Shown: in pieces, positions 37,450 to 46,418 of the stretch
Position numbering within the stretch: the stretch's first letter is position 1
Layout: every line of letters starts with the position of its first letter
Origin: an uncultured delta proteobacterium
Lineage (GTDB): Bacteria; Desulfobacterota; Binatia; Binatales; Binataceae
Length of the DNA stretch: 64,000 bases
Assembly (NCBI GenBank): GCA_963724765.1
Contig: CAVRVY010000001.1
Coordinates: 96,001 to 160,000, forward strand
Direction: 5' to 3'
Notes under the pieces: generated by a model
What the model saw: the letters and a program-made list of their open reading frames with translations, nothing else
Database searches by the model: none
Told to the model about the DNA's origin: nothing
Translations under genes and position numbers: made by a program

Positions 37450-37959
37450 ATGGACGACCTGGTCGAAAGGCTGGCGCGTAAGCTTGCGGCGCAAACCTCC
37501 CGCCGGCGGTTGCTGGGGATGCTCGGAACGGCGCTGCTCGGCGGTGTGGCGTTGCCCCTCCTGCCGGTGCAACGCGTCGCGCGTGCGGCCGAGACTGCGG
37601 ATTCAGCCAACGAACCGGGAGACCAGATGAGCTGCGACTACTGGCGGTATTGCGGCTTTGACGGAAATCTTTGCGGCTGCTGCGGCGGAACGCTCACCGA
37701 GTGCCCGCCGGGATCGATCATGTCACCCACCGGATGGGTCGGCACTTGCAGGCATCCGGTTGACGGCAAGGACTATATAATCGCCTATCGCGACTGCTGC
37801 GGAAAAGAATATTGCGGCCGCTGCGCCTGCCACGGCGACAAGGGCGACCTACCGATCTATCGGACTCAACTCGACAACGAAGTGCTATGGTGCTTCGGAG
37901 TAAAGAGCGGATGGGCGGTGAATTGCACTACCGCGGTCAATCTCGGTGTCAAGTCGTGA
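37450..37959 (+). CDS. mauA: TTQ amine dehydrogenase light chain
   Basis: Tat SRRRLL; CDYWRYC..DG, CPPG, W, YRDCC, WC; 14 Cys. Confidence 0.93.
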   Translation: MDDLVERLARKLAAQTSRRRLLGMLGTALLGGVALPLLPVQRVARAAETADSANEPGDQMSCDYWRYCGFDGNLCGCCGGTLTECPPGSIMSPTGWVGTCRHPVDGKDYIIAYRDCCGKEYCGRCACHGDKGDLPIYRTQLDNEVLWCFGVKSGWAVNCTTAVNLGVKS

Positions 37960-38014
37960 AGAGAGGCCCTGTGCAACACCATAGGTGGAGCGCTGCCGGC
38001 TAGAAACATCGGAC

Positions 38015-38050
38015 ACGGCCCGCGACAATACGCGGGCCGCTTTCGTTTTT
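38015..38050 (+). terminator. Intrinsic terminator
   Basis: GGCCCGCG-loop-CGCGGGCC followed by T-rich tract. Confidence 0.65.
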
Positions 38051-38225
38051 GGATACACCTTGTGCTCGGCGGGGTTGGGACGTTTGATTGCCGCGGCGGC
38101 CGCTCAAAATGACAGGTCGAAGTAGCCTGCCGCAAGCGCGCTCCCGTTGGGGGGCCGGGATACTCGCGCGGCTGGGATGGAATCAGCCGACACCGACTCC
38201 CGCGGACCGACGCGCAATCGGTGCG

Positions 38226-39023
38226 ATGAACCACGAGGCGATTTTATACTACTCGCACTTTTGCTCGCCGGCCGTGCGGCGCGAGATCGCGCGACTGCGC
38301 AGCGAACTGGACAGCCAATACGATATATTCGCGGTGGGCTATTGCCGATCCGCCGGCGCCCTCAACGGCATAGACGGCGTTCCTGCGCTGGAATATTCTG
38401 CGGACGATTTGATAGCGCTGCCCTATCCAGGTAAAACTCGACATTTCGATCCGCACAATTTCATCGGGAACGCGGACCTGGTGCCGATGAAGTTTTTCCT
38501 CGATCGGCCAGGCTACGATCACTACTGGATTATCGAATACGACGTGCGCTTCAGCGGCGCATGGCCCGGGTTATTTGCCGGCCTGTCGTCCTCAGCCGCG
38601 GACCTGCTGTGCACGACCATACAAACGTGGACGGAGAATCCGAACTGGGCGCACTGGGGTACCCTGACGACTGGCGGCGAAGACGTGCCGATGGAGCGCC
38701 GGGTAAAGGGATTCATGCCGTTCTGCCGCCTCTCCCATGCACTGCTGGCGGGCTGCGACGCGCGCTATCGCAGGGGATGGGGCGGACACTGCGAAGTCCT
38801 GTGGCCGACCATCGCCAGCCTCGCGGGCCTACACCTGGAGGATATCGGCGGTAACGGCAGTTTCACACCTGCCGAGCGTCGTGGCCGCTATTACCAAAAC
38901 ACTCCCTCTGAATGGTCGCAGTTTCCGGGTACGTTCGTCTATCGGCCCTGCTTCGCCGATCGCAATCTCTTCGGGCCGCAGTGTCATTTCGGCGGCACAC
39001 TCTGGCACCCAGTGAAGGAGTAG
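38226..39023 (+). CDS. DUF3405-like / glycosyltransferase-related protein
   Basis: YDHYWIIEYDVRFSG motif; C-terminal HPVK. Confidence 0.6.
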   Translation: MNHEAILYYSHFCSPAVRREIARLRSELDSQYDIFAVGYCRSAGALNGIDGVPALEYSADDLIALPYPGKTRHFDPHNFIGNADLVPMKFFLDRPGYDHYWIIEYDVRFSGAWPGLFAGLSSSAADLLCTTIQTWTENPNWAHWGTLTTGGEDVPMERRVKGFMPFCRLSHALLAGCDARYRRGWGGHCEVLWPTIASLAGLHLEDIGGNGSFTPAERRGRYYQNTPSEWSQFPGTFVYRPCFADRNLFGPQCHFGGTLWHPVKE

Positions 39024-39108
39024 GACCTTGCCCGATCGTGTAGGCGAGAGCGAGCCTGGGCCTGGCGCTTCGCGGCCCACGGTCCATCGTCGCGCGGCTA
39101 TGACAGGA

Positions 39109-39306
39109 TCATCTCAGGGCGGGAATGTGCACTCCAGGTATATTGCCAACGAGGCCGAACCCTTGGAGGAGCCATACTACCACTACGAGAAAGACGACGA
39201 TGTTAAGCACGCTCTTGATGCCGGCGGCCATGGGAATGTAGGTGTTTATCAGCCACATCAACAGCCCGACTACAACCAAAACGAGCACGATACTCACTAA
39301 AGTCAT
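39109..39306 (-). CDS. Thivi_2564-family small membrane protein
   Basis: LVVVGLLMWLINTYIPMAAGIKSVLNIVV. Confidence 0.85.
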   Translation of the reverse strand: MTLVSIVLVLVVVGLLMWLINTYIPMAAGIKSVLNIVVFLVVVVWLLQGFGLVGNIPGVHIPALR

Positions 39307-39382
39307 GTGCGTACCCTCTAATCCTGCGTCCAGTCTGAATTATGGTTTTTGAAAGTCAAATCGTTTGACTGCAAGAGCCGGG

Positions 39383-39784
39383 TTATTCAAGCGGAGGATC
39401 GGGTGACGTTGCCTGGTAATCGTGTTCCTGGTAGATGGCCGTGACGGGAGGAGGCGAAGGCGCCGGGACTGATTTGACGATGCTCGACTCGCTGTGCTGC
39501 TGGTAAGACGTTGTTGTATCCCCGCTGCCGGATTCCGCGACGGTGTCCGCGCGTGTGGATTTGTACATGCTGGTGGTTCGGGTGGTGGAATTGAAGTCAG
39601 CAGGTTCGGCGCTCGAGGTGGAGGCGGGCGGCATTGTCACCGATGGCGGCGGCGCAACCACCACCGCGGGTTCTTCGGGTACGTAGGTTGTAGTCTTGGC
39701 CTCATGGCTGACGCATCCTGCCGCCAGGAGGGCGTTCAGGAGGACGGTCGCCGACAAGGCCTTGAGAATTGCCGATTTCATCAT
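39383..39784 (-). CDS. Ser/Thr/Pro-rich lipoprotein
   Basis: Lipobox LAAGC; low complexity. Confidence 0.65.
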   Translation of the reverse strand: MMKSAILKALSATVLLNALLAAGCVSHEAKTTTYVPEEPAVVVAPPPSVTMPPASTSSAEPADFNSTTRTTSMYKSTRADTVAESGSGDTTTSYQQHSESSIVKSVPAPSPPPVTAIYQEHDYQATSPDPPLE

Positions 39785-40188
39785 GGCTTCTGCCAGGTCA
39801 GCCGATTGTTGACGCCTTTGACACCGTCGATTCCGGCCACCAAAGTGGCCGCGCGATGCACGTCCTCTGGCGAAGCGAGCACGCCGGTGAGCGTAACCCG
39901 CCCGTGGTCGGCGTCGACAGTGAGCGGATAATCGTCGGCCAACCCCTTATTGGCTATTGCGGCCTTGACCTCCACGATAAGGAGCGCGTCCTGGGCGCGC
40001 TCGGCGGGAGAAGAATAATGGTGTGTTGAGGAACTCTGCGCCGACATATTCTCCTGGCGCACGTTCTCGCTAACAGAACTCTGGGCTCTCGCCGTCGCCG
40101 GATGCGCCACGATCGCGACGCTCAGCGCGGCAACGGCGAGCCCGGCCAACAGTGAACGTTGGCTCATGTATCGATTTTTGCTTTGCAT
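39781..40188 (-). CDS. BON-domain protein
   Basis: DALLIVEVKAAI...GRVTLTG...GVKGVNNRL. Confidence 0.9.
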   Translation of the reverse strand: MQSKNRYMSQRSLLAGLAVAALSVAIVAHPATARAQSSVSENVRQENMSAQSSSTHHYSSPAERAQDALLIVEVKAAIANKGLADDYPLTVDADHGRVTLTGVLASPEDVHRAATLVAGIDGVKGVNNRLTWQKP

Positions 40189-40243
40189 CTAACCCCACTC
40201 CGGAGACAGGATTGTGCGCGTCCTGAAACAGGGGATGACCGAT

Positions 40244-40690
40244 CTATCTACCACTCGTAGGCCAGGTCAGGTTGTTCTTGACCATCTCCACGCCACTTAC
40301 GTTCGCGACCACTTTTCGGGCATGCGCGGCCGTCGCCTGCGAATCCACGTTGCCGACGAGCGTGACCGTGCCCTGGTCGGAATCAACATGAATAGTGTAG
40401 TGCTTGGTCACCTGATCAGTCAGCATCGCGGCCTTGACCTTGGTGGTCAGGGTCGCATCGCCAACCTGATCCTTGGTAGCGCGATACGCATGTTTTGCCG
40501 AATCGGCGGCATCGCCAGCGCCGGCCTTCACCGAGGGAGCGCTCGCGACGGCTTGCGCCGAAGCGCCGCTTTCATGTATTTCCTGACCCGCGGCGCTTTC
40601 CTGCGCATGCAAAGGTGGTGAAATACTCAATCCGCCGCCGAGGAGGCCGGCGAGCGCCAGCGTGGTCACTGCTTTTACTCTGATCTTCAT
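40244..40690 (-). CDS. BON-domain (OsmY-like) protein
   Basis: DATLTTKVKAAM...GTVTLVG...GVEMVKNNL. Confidence 0.9.
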   Translation of the reverse strand: MKIRVKAVTTLALAGLLGGGLSISPPLHAQESAAGQEIHESGASAQAVASAPSVKAGAGDAADSAKHAYRATKDQVGDATLTTKVKAAMLTDQVTKHYTIHVDSDQGTVTLVGNVDSQATAAHARKVVANVSGVEMVKNNLTWPTSGR

Positions 40691-40703
40691 TGTTTTCTCC
40701 TCA

Positions 40704-40979
40704 TTACGGACTGCTATTGGTATATGTCGTGGTGTGCTGTCTCTCTACCGTCGCGCTGGTATCGGGAGCGCTGCTGGTGATCGTGGTCGAAGAGGTCGTC
40801 GCCGGCGTATCAACGGCCGGAACCACCGTCCGATGTTCTTCGCTGGAGAAGGAAAAACAGCCGCCCAATACGAAACAGACACTCGCGCTAAAAAGAATCC
40901 GGCCGAACCGGCCTGGATATTTCATTAATGTCATCTCCTTTCCATGGAAAATTATGCGCTCGGCGCGAATGTACACCAA
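40704..40979 (-). CDS. Small Thr-rich lipoprotein (true start probably ~40928)
   Basis: VLGGC lipobox; TTSSTTITSS. Confidence 0.6.
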   Translation of the reverse strand: MVYIRAERIIFHGKEMTLMKYPGRFGRILFSASVCFVLGGCFSFSSEEHRTVVPAVDTPATTSSTTITSSAPDTSATVERQHTTTYTNSSP

Positions 40980-41006
40980 CGTCGCGTATTATGCGCCGAG
41001 CGTGAA

Positions 41007-41387
41007 TTACTCAGACGTTGTTTTGTCACTACTTTCGGAGTGCGTCTCTCCGAACGGTCCATAGGTCGTGTTGCTCTTCGAATGTTTCTGCACTGACGGA
41101 GCCGAATCATCCGGCATGTTTGACTCGGTCGTAGTGGTTTCGCTCGAGTTCGAAGACGGAGGACTGACCTCCACGGGCGGGTTGACCGTCGTATTCCTGG
41201 TCACCGTTCTGCTGGTCACGCTCGGCGCGGCTGGAACGTTGGTGACCGTGCTGTCTGATTCCGTCGTGGTCTGGGACCACGCATTACCCGCAACGCCGAG
41301 GGCCACACTAATTGCGGCCGCGGAGATCCATAAGCTTAGAGATTTCATTCCATTATTCTCCTTTCTATTGAATACGGCTAAATACAA
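41007..41387 (-). CDS. Secreted Ser/Thr-rich low-complexity protein (start probably ~41348)
   Basis: Signal peptide ending AWS; S/T/E-rich mature region. Confidence 0.65.
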   Translation of the reverse strand: MYLAVFNRKENNGMKSLSLWISAAAISVALGVAGNAWSQTTTESDSTVTNVPAAPSVTSRTVTRNTTVNPPVEVSPPSSNSSETTTTESNMPDDSAPSVQKHSKSNTTYGPFGETHSESSDKTTSE

Positions 41388-41679
41388 TTCATGGATGGTC
41401 GACAGTCATTCGTCCCAGCGGTACTAAACTCACTCCCATCAATCGAGTGTCCTGAGTCTTAAGGTACTCTGCCGCCGTGGTTGTTATCGATCCTGCAACC
41501 TCAGTGTCCATCGGTATACTATCCAAGGTCAATGCTATAAAGGGCACAGTTGGAACATTATGTGCTCCGCAGCACCTTTAGACTGAACATCGCGAAAGTG
41601 CGAGTTGTCGCTCCTTACAAAGCAGGTGACCGACTATAGTACATAGAAGTATTGACTAGGTATGTCCTGGTATTGTGGA

Positions 41680-41722
41680 TAAAAGAAAATCTCCTTCGCG
41701 TTACGGGAACGCGAAGGAGATT
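41680..41722 (-). terminator. Intrinsic terminator
   Basis: AATCTCCTTCGCGTT/AACGCGAAGGAGATT 15-bp stem with adjacent A-tract on plus strand. Confidence 0.75.
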
Positions 41723-41769
41723 CCGCACAACGCCTGGCAGAGGCGCGTGCCTTTGTTGCGGCCTGCTGG

Positions 41770-42723
41770 CTAGCTGCCGGTCCTGAGCAGCACCTCGACT
41801 TGCCGGTCGCGCCTGAGCTGCGGATCGGAGAGCGCGCCAATCTGGATTCTCTGAGCTGGCACGCCAGCCTGAATCAGCGCGTCACGAACCGCTCCGGCAC
41901 GGCGCTGGTCGAGCTCCTGCTGCGCGGCGTTGCCACCGTTCGGCTGATTAGTTGAGCCGTCTATTCCGAGTTGGAGAGACGGGTTATTCGCCATGTATGC
42001 GGCGATCTCTGTGACAGTTGCCATTTCCCAGGACTGAACATTTGCCTGATCGTTGGCGAACGTGAAATCCCTGTAGGGGGTCCAGGTACCCACAATACCA
42101 ACCGCGCCCTGGACGCCGGTCGGTCCGACGGGACCTTGAGCGCCCCTGTCGCCAGCGGGGCCTGATTCACCAGCCCGGCCCGCCATTACGGAGCCCTCGG
42201 CGCCAGATTGCCCGGTGGCTCCTTGCGCGCCTGCGTAGCCAGAATCGCCAGCTGCGCCGGCAGGACCGACCAGAGTCGAGCCCTGCGATCCCTGTGCTCC
42301 TGTCATACCCTGCGCGCCGACGGAGCCGGCAGGACCAGTTGGCCCTGAAGGACCTACCGCGCTAGCGCCTTGAGCGCCCATCTCTCCGACCGCACCCTGC
42401 TCGCCGGCAGGACCGGCAGCGCCAGTCATTCCGCGAGCACCGGCCATAACCGCACCTGCGGGTCCTGGGGCGCCAATCGCGCCTTGCGGGCCCATCGGAC
42501 CGGTTGGGCCCTCATTGCCGGCAGGGCCTGCCATGACGTAGCCCGGAGCTCCGGTCGGTCCAACGGGACCTTGTGGACCGGCGGGACCGGCGGGGCCCTG
42601 ATAGCCTTGCGGCCCGACCAGGGTATTAGTCGCGACTACTGGCTCAGGCGGCGGTGGCGGTGCGGTGCTGCAACCCACGACGAACAGCATCGCGACAACG
42701 ACACAGCACATTGAACGTATCAT
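41770..42723 (-). CDS. Collagen-like lipoprotein with C-terminal OmpA-like domain
   Basis: VVGC lipobox; six Gly-X-Y blocks; QRRAGAVRDAL..AGV..RI, RQVEV. Confidence 0.88.
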   Translation of the reverse strand: MIRSMCCVVVAMLFVVGCSTAPPPPPEPVVATNTLVGPQGYQGPAGPAGPQGPVGPTGAPGYVMAGPAGNEGPTGPMGPQGAIGAPGPAGAVMAGARGMTGAAGPAGEQGAVGEMGAQGASAVGPSGPTGPAGSVGAQGMTGAQGSQGSTLVGPAGAAGDSGYAGAQGATGQSGAEGSVMAGRAGESGPAGDRGAQGPVGPTGVQGAVGIVGTWTPYRDFTFANDQANVQSWEMATVTEIAAYMANNPSLQLGIDGSTNQPNGGNAAQQELDQRRAGAVRDALIQAGVPAQRIQIGALSDPQLRRDRQVEVLLRTGS

Positions 42724-42847
42724 CTCGTTACCTCCATCTTGCGTCTCATCGAATTACTTAACCTCCCTCCTAACGCAGAAATGCAGGCACCTTACTTGCC
42801 TGCGAACCAAAGAATTCGCAGCGTCCCCGCCCGTCGAACGATTGGAC

Positions 42848-43222
42848 TCATTCTTGTCGTAGCGCTCCGGGCCCACTCGAAGGCTTTATAATGGCATTAC
42901 TGACTATTCCGCCAGCCAGAATACTCAGACCGGCGATCCCAAACGACTGCCACCATGGGAGCCATTGATGCAGCAGCAGAATCCAGGCGCACAGAATGCA
43001 GATCGCGCCGAAGACCATCGCGGTGATGATCGCCAGGCGCACCACGGCACGGTCTATTCGCGCTTCAATAGCCGTTTCCACGCTGGTTTGAAACATATGT
43101 ATCTCAGACCGAAGAATGCGCGATACATCGTCCAGTACCCTGTCCGTCAGAGTTGCCCAGTCCGTGTTGGCCGCCGACGCCGGATCAATCGTCAGAGGAT
43201 TTTTTTCCGCCATTGCGCCCAC
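42848..43222 (-). CDS. YqjE/holin-III-like membrane protein
   Basis: LTDRVLDDVSRILRSEI plus two TM helices. Confidence 0.7.
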   Translation of the reverse strand: MGAMAEKNPLTIDPASAANTDWATLTDRVLDDVSRILRSEIHMFQTSVETAIEARIDRAVVRLAIITAMVFGAICILCAWILLLHQWLPWWQSFGIAGLSILAGGIVSNAIIKPSSGPGALRQE

Positions 43223-43511
43223 CCCATTCGCCTGAAGCGCGTCGCGAGAGCGCGAAGCCCAGCAGGGCGGCGATCATGACTGGGCCGGTTGCCCGATTGT
43301 TGATGCTTGAGCCGAGGAGAAAGCCCAAGGCGCCCGCCATCAGGGAAACCCCAACAGGGTGGCTTTCGATAAGATGATCGGGACGCAAGTCACTTTCGGC
43401 GCGTTCGAGCTTCGCGTTGACCTCGGTCAAAGTGTCGCGAAGGTTCTGACGCGCCTCGTTTCGTTCAACGTCATTCTTGGAAATCTCTTCTTGGCTTGTC
43501 ATATTCTTCAC
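43185..43511 (-). CDS. DUF3618/YqjD-like tail-anchored protein
   Basis: EARQNLRDTLTEV; IESHPVGVSLMAGALGFLLG. Confidence 0.6.
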   Translation of the reverse strand: MKNMTSQEEISKNDVERNEARQNLRDTLTEVNAKLERAESDLRPDHLIESHPVGVSLMAGALGFLLGSSINNRATGPVMIAALLGFALSRRASGEWGGRNGGKKSSDD

Positions 43512-43779
43512 TGTGAGGGCTTGCGCCGTTCGAACTTCCGTTGTTGAGATGACTTCCGGTCGCCATTGCGGCTATAAAGCCGCTCGCAGCGCTCTGGATG
43601 GCAAGGCGGCCAAGGATTGCGAGTATTGCCAGACCAACACGGTTCTTGAAGCCTCCGCCAACGAGAAAACCTGCCGCAGCGGCAATTCCCAGTGACGTAA
43701 AGGGCGCGTCCCTGACGTACTCGTCCAGAGACTCGCGCCGGCCGTGAGGCGACTGTGCGCTATCGGCTGAAGTATCCAC
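43471..43779 (-). CDS. DUF883-like membrane protein
   Basis: EYVRDAPFTSLGIAAAAGFLVG; start uncertain. Confidence 0.6.
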   Translation of the reverse strand: MDTSADSAQSPHGRRESLDEYVRDAPFTSLGIAAAAGFLVGGGFKNRVGLAILAILGRLAIQSAASGFIAAMATGSHLNNGSSNGASPHSEEYDKPRRDFQE

Positions 43780-43793
43780 GAAACGGCATCCGC

Positions 43794-44033
43794 TCAGGAA
43801 ACACGTCTGACGAGACGCGCGGCGAAATAGCCGATCGCGAACGCGGCTGCGATGGCCAGCCATGGTTCGCGGCGAGCGAATTCACGAACATCGAAGTCGA
43901 GTCCCTTTTCCTCGACATATTGTCGTGCTGCCCCATAGCCGTCCTTGATTGCCTGGCTGGCCTTCTCGGCTGCCTGACGACCCTGATCCATCGTCTGGCG
44001 CATCGTGGAATTTGCGGCATCTTCAAATGTCAT
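43794..44033 (-). CDS. ElaB/YqjD (DUF883)-like protein
   Basis: FARREPWLAIAAAFAIGYFAARL; GAGG RBS. Confidence 0.75.
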   Translation of the reverse strand: MTFEDAANSTMRQTMDQGRQAAEKASQAIKDGYGAARQYVEEKGLDFDVREFARREPWLAIAAAFAIGYFAARLVRRVS

Positions 44034-44466
44034 CGTTGCTACCTCATAATGCGAAAGTTGGTACTAACTAAAAATGGCCCTTGTGCCATAGCGTGTCTTC
44101 GAGAGTGCATCTAAATACAATGGTTGAATAGTCTAGTGCTTGTTCTCAATATATTTCGTTGGACAGATATCAACAGGGTGTCGCGAGCGAATCGGCGGAC
44201 ATCCAGGGAGGGGGCTCCCGGATGCCCGCCTGCTCACCGTTTGCCTTGCGGCGAACGTCGCTCGGCAAGCGGAAGAATTGTCACAATCAGCTTGAATTCC
44301 GTCACGGGTGAGCGGACTCCTCTTGGTCACTCCGATGCGCGCTCTCGAATACCTACTGTATTTCGATACGCGCGCCAGAGCCATCGGGCCACGATGTGAG
44401 TTGGTTACATGGAGCACCAAGCCCGTCGAACCGCAGGGTTGGGGCCGGCGGCGGTCTGTTACAGTA

Positions 44467-45219
44467 ATGCTTATGCGCGCCGTGCGAGTGTCAGGGAGCC
44501 GAAGATTACGGGGACTCAGGAACATCTCCTGGCTCACCGCGCGCCAGCTGAACCGGCTGGCGGCGGCGCTGGCCATGAGCCGGGTGGCCAAGCGCGGGAT
44601 CATCTTCGACGAACAGCATGCGCCCGAATCGGCGTACGTCCTGCTCTCGGGGGTGGCGCGGATCACCTGCTGCAACCGCAAGGGCGATCGCACGCTGGTG
44701 ATAATGGTCGCGCCGGGGATGATCCCTGGTTTCCCGCCGCCGGTGTCCGGGATCAGCTATAGCTTCCGCTGCGAGGCGGTCACCGACTGCCAGATCGGAA
44801 CCGTGGCGCTGGGGACCTTCATTGAAATCGCGCTGGGGATCGCCTCGGCCGACTTCAAGCGCATGGCCGCCAGCTATTCGGGACGCTGGGACCTGGTGCA
44901 ATTGCGCTGCGCGAATTTCATGAGTTGCACGCTGGAGGAACGCGTGGCGCTGATTCTGCTGGAGCTGAGCGAGAACTTCGGCGTTCCCGATCGGCAGGGC
45001 GTGCGGCTGACCGTGCCGGCGCGGCACAAGGACCTGGCCGAACTGGTGGGCGCCTCCCGGCCGCGGGTGACCGAATATCTCGCGCTGCTCGAACGCGAGC
45101 ATCTGATTGTACGCGAGGGCCGTCAATTGATCGTCAAACGCGAGCGGCTGGAAAACTTTCTCGCCCACCGGCATTCGTCCGCCAGCCGCCGCCAGTTCGA
45201 AAACACCCTCGCGTCATAA
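44467..45219 (+). CDS. Crp/Fnr-family regulator
   Basis: cNMP-like barrel; LEERVA; HKDLAELVGASRPRVTE. Confidence 0.9.
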   Translation: MLMRAVRVSGSRRLRGLRNISWLTARQLNRLAAALAMSRVAKRGIIFDEQHAPESAYVLLSGVARITCCNRKGDRTLVIMVAPGMIPGFPPPVSGISYSFRCEAVTDCQIGTVALGTFIEIALGIASADFKRMAASYSGRWDLVQLRCANFMSCTLEERVALILLELSENFGVPDRQGVRLTVPARHKDLAELVGASRPRVTEYLALLEREHLIVREGRQLIVKRERLENFLAHRHSSASRRQFENTLAS

Positions 45220-45361
45220 CTTGTTCCGTGGCGGTTTGGCCTTTTGCAGGCCGCCGAGATAGTCCTTTATAAGACACGGCTTATGTTCCATAGATAACAT
45301 TCCGTTTGCTTGATCACCGCGCAGGGGCATAGGGTCGTGACATGCTCTTTAAGGTGCAAAG

Positions 45362-46105
45362 TTGAATGGAACCCGAAATCCCCCAGACAGTGACCTCGAC
45401 AAACTGACCCGGCTCAAGGCTCTTTCATGGCTCTCGGTCGCGGAGCTGGGGGTGCTGGCGGGAGCGCTGGCGCTGACCAACTTCAAACGGCCGCAAATAA
45501 TTTTCCGTGAGGCCGCGCTTACCTCCGACGCGCATATCCTGTTGCAAGGCATCGCGCGCGTCACTTGTCAGAATGCCCGCGGCGAGCGGGTGACCATCGC
45601 CCTGCTGCCGCCGGGTCCGATCCCGGAGTTTCCGTCGTTGCAACTCAGGCGCTTCGATTTTCGCTGCGAAGCTTACAATGATTGCCGCATCGGCAGTCTG
45701 AGCTGGAGCAACTTCGAAGGTATCGCCGCGCATCGCTCGCAGTCGATGTTCAAGACCTTTCATCAGAACGATTTGCAGCAGTGCTACCGGCTGCTGCTGC
45801 GCAGTTCGAGCTTTCTCAACCTCGGGCTCCACGAACGCATCGGGATTACCCTGCTCGAACTGGCTTCCGACTTCGGAATCAGCGAGTCGCGCGGCGCCCT
45901 TTTGCGGGTCTCGTTCAGCCACCAGGACATTGCCGACCTGGTCGGCGCCTCGCGGCCCAGGGTCACCGAGCACCTGGCTCAAATGGAGCGCGAGCAGCTG
46001 GTCATTCGTCAAGGCCGCCAATTGATCGTCCGCGTGGATATGCTTGGAAACGCGATGAACGTTTCGCTACCGAGCGGGCCTAGCTCAATCAGCGCATCCA
46101 TCTAG
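45362..46105 (+). CDS. Crp/Fnr-family regulator (tandem paralog)
   Basis: LHERIG; HQDIADLVGASRPRVTE. Confidence 0.9.
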   Translation: MNGTRNPPDSDLDKLTRLKALSWLSVAELGVLAGALALTNFKRPQIIFREAALTSDAHILLQGIARVTCQNARGERVTIALLPPGPIPEFPSLQLRRFDFRCEAYNDCRIGSLSWSNFEGIAAHRSQSMFKTFHQNDLQQCYRLLLRSSSFLNLGLHERIGITLLELASDFGISESRGALLRVSFSHQDIADLVGASRPRVTEHLAQMEREQLVIRQGRQLIVRVDMLGNAMNVSLPSGPSSISASI

Positions 46106-46358
46106 AAAGCAAGCGGCGCCCGTTCGGCGTCTGATTTCTCAGTGCGCCGGAGGCAAGGCCGCCCGCTCAGCGCCGAACGCATAGAGCGCCAGCCGGCCGA
46201 CACAATCGCATCGCTTTTCCGCCCGCTGCCAAAGATAATTGTCCGCAAACGCCGTTAAGGCTTTTGTGTTTCCGCACCCCCAGAGCCGTTCCGAGACTTT
46301 CCTGCTGATGCTCTCTCTCGCGCACATCCGGCGAAGGCTTTCGACTGCGCTCGGTGAA

Positions 46359-46400
46359 ATAAAAAAGCGGAGCGGAGCCGCGATGGCCCCGCTCCGCGTT
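46359..46400 (-). terminator. Intrinsic terminator (possibly bidirectional)
   Basis: A6-GCGGAGCGG...CCGCTCCGC. Confidence 0.6.
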
Positions 46401-46418
46401 CGCGCCGTTTTCCCGCCT

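Noticed and set aside
42783-42803. Apparent sigma54 motif GGCACCTTACTTGC
   Set aside because: Part of hairpin GCAGGCA-N7-TGCCTGC, and the better match points antisense to the local genes.
42848-43222. Holin as evidence of a second prophage
   Set aside because: YqjE-like proteins are cellular and here sit with ElaB/YqjD-like stress genes.
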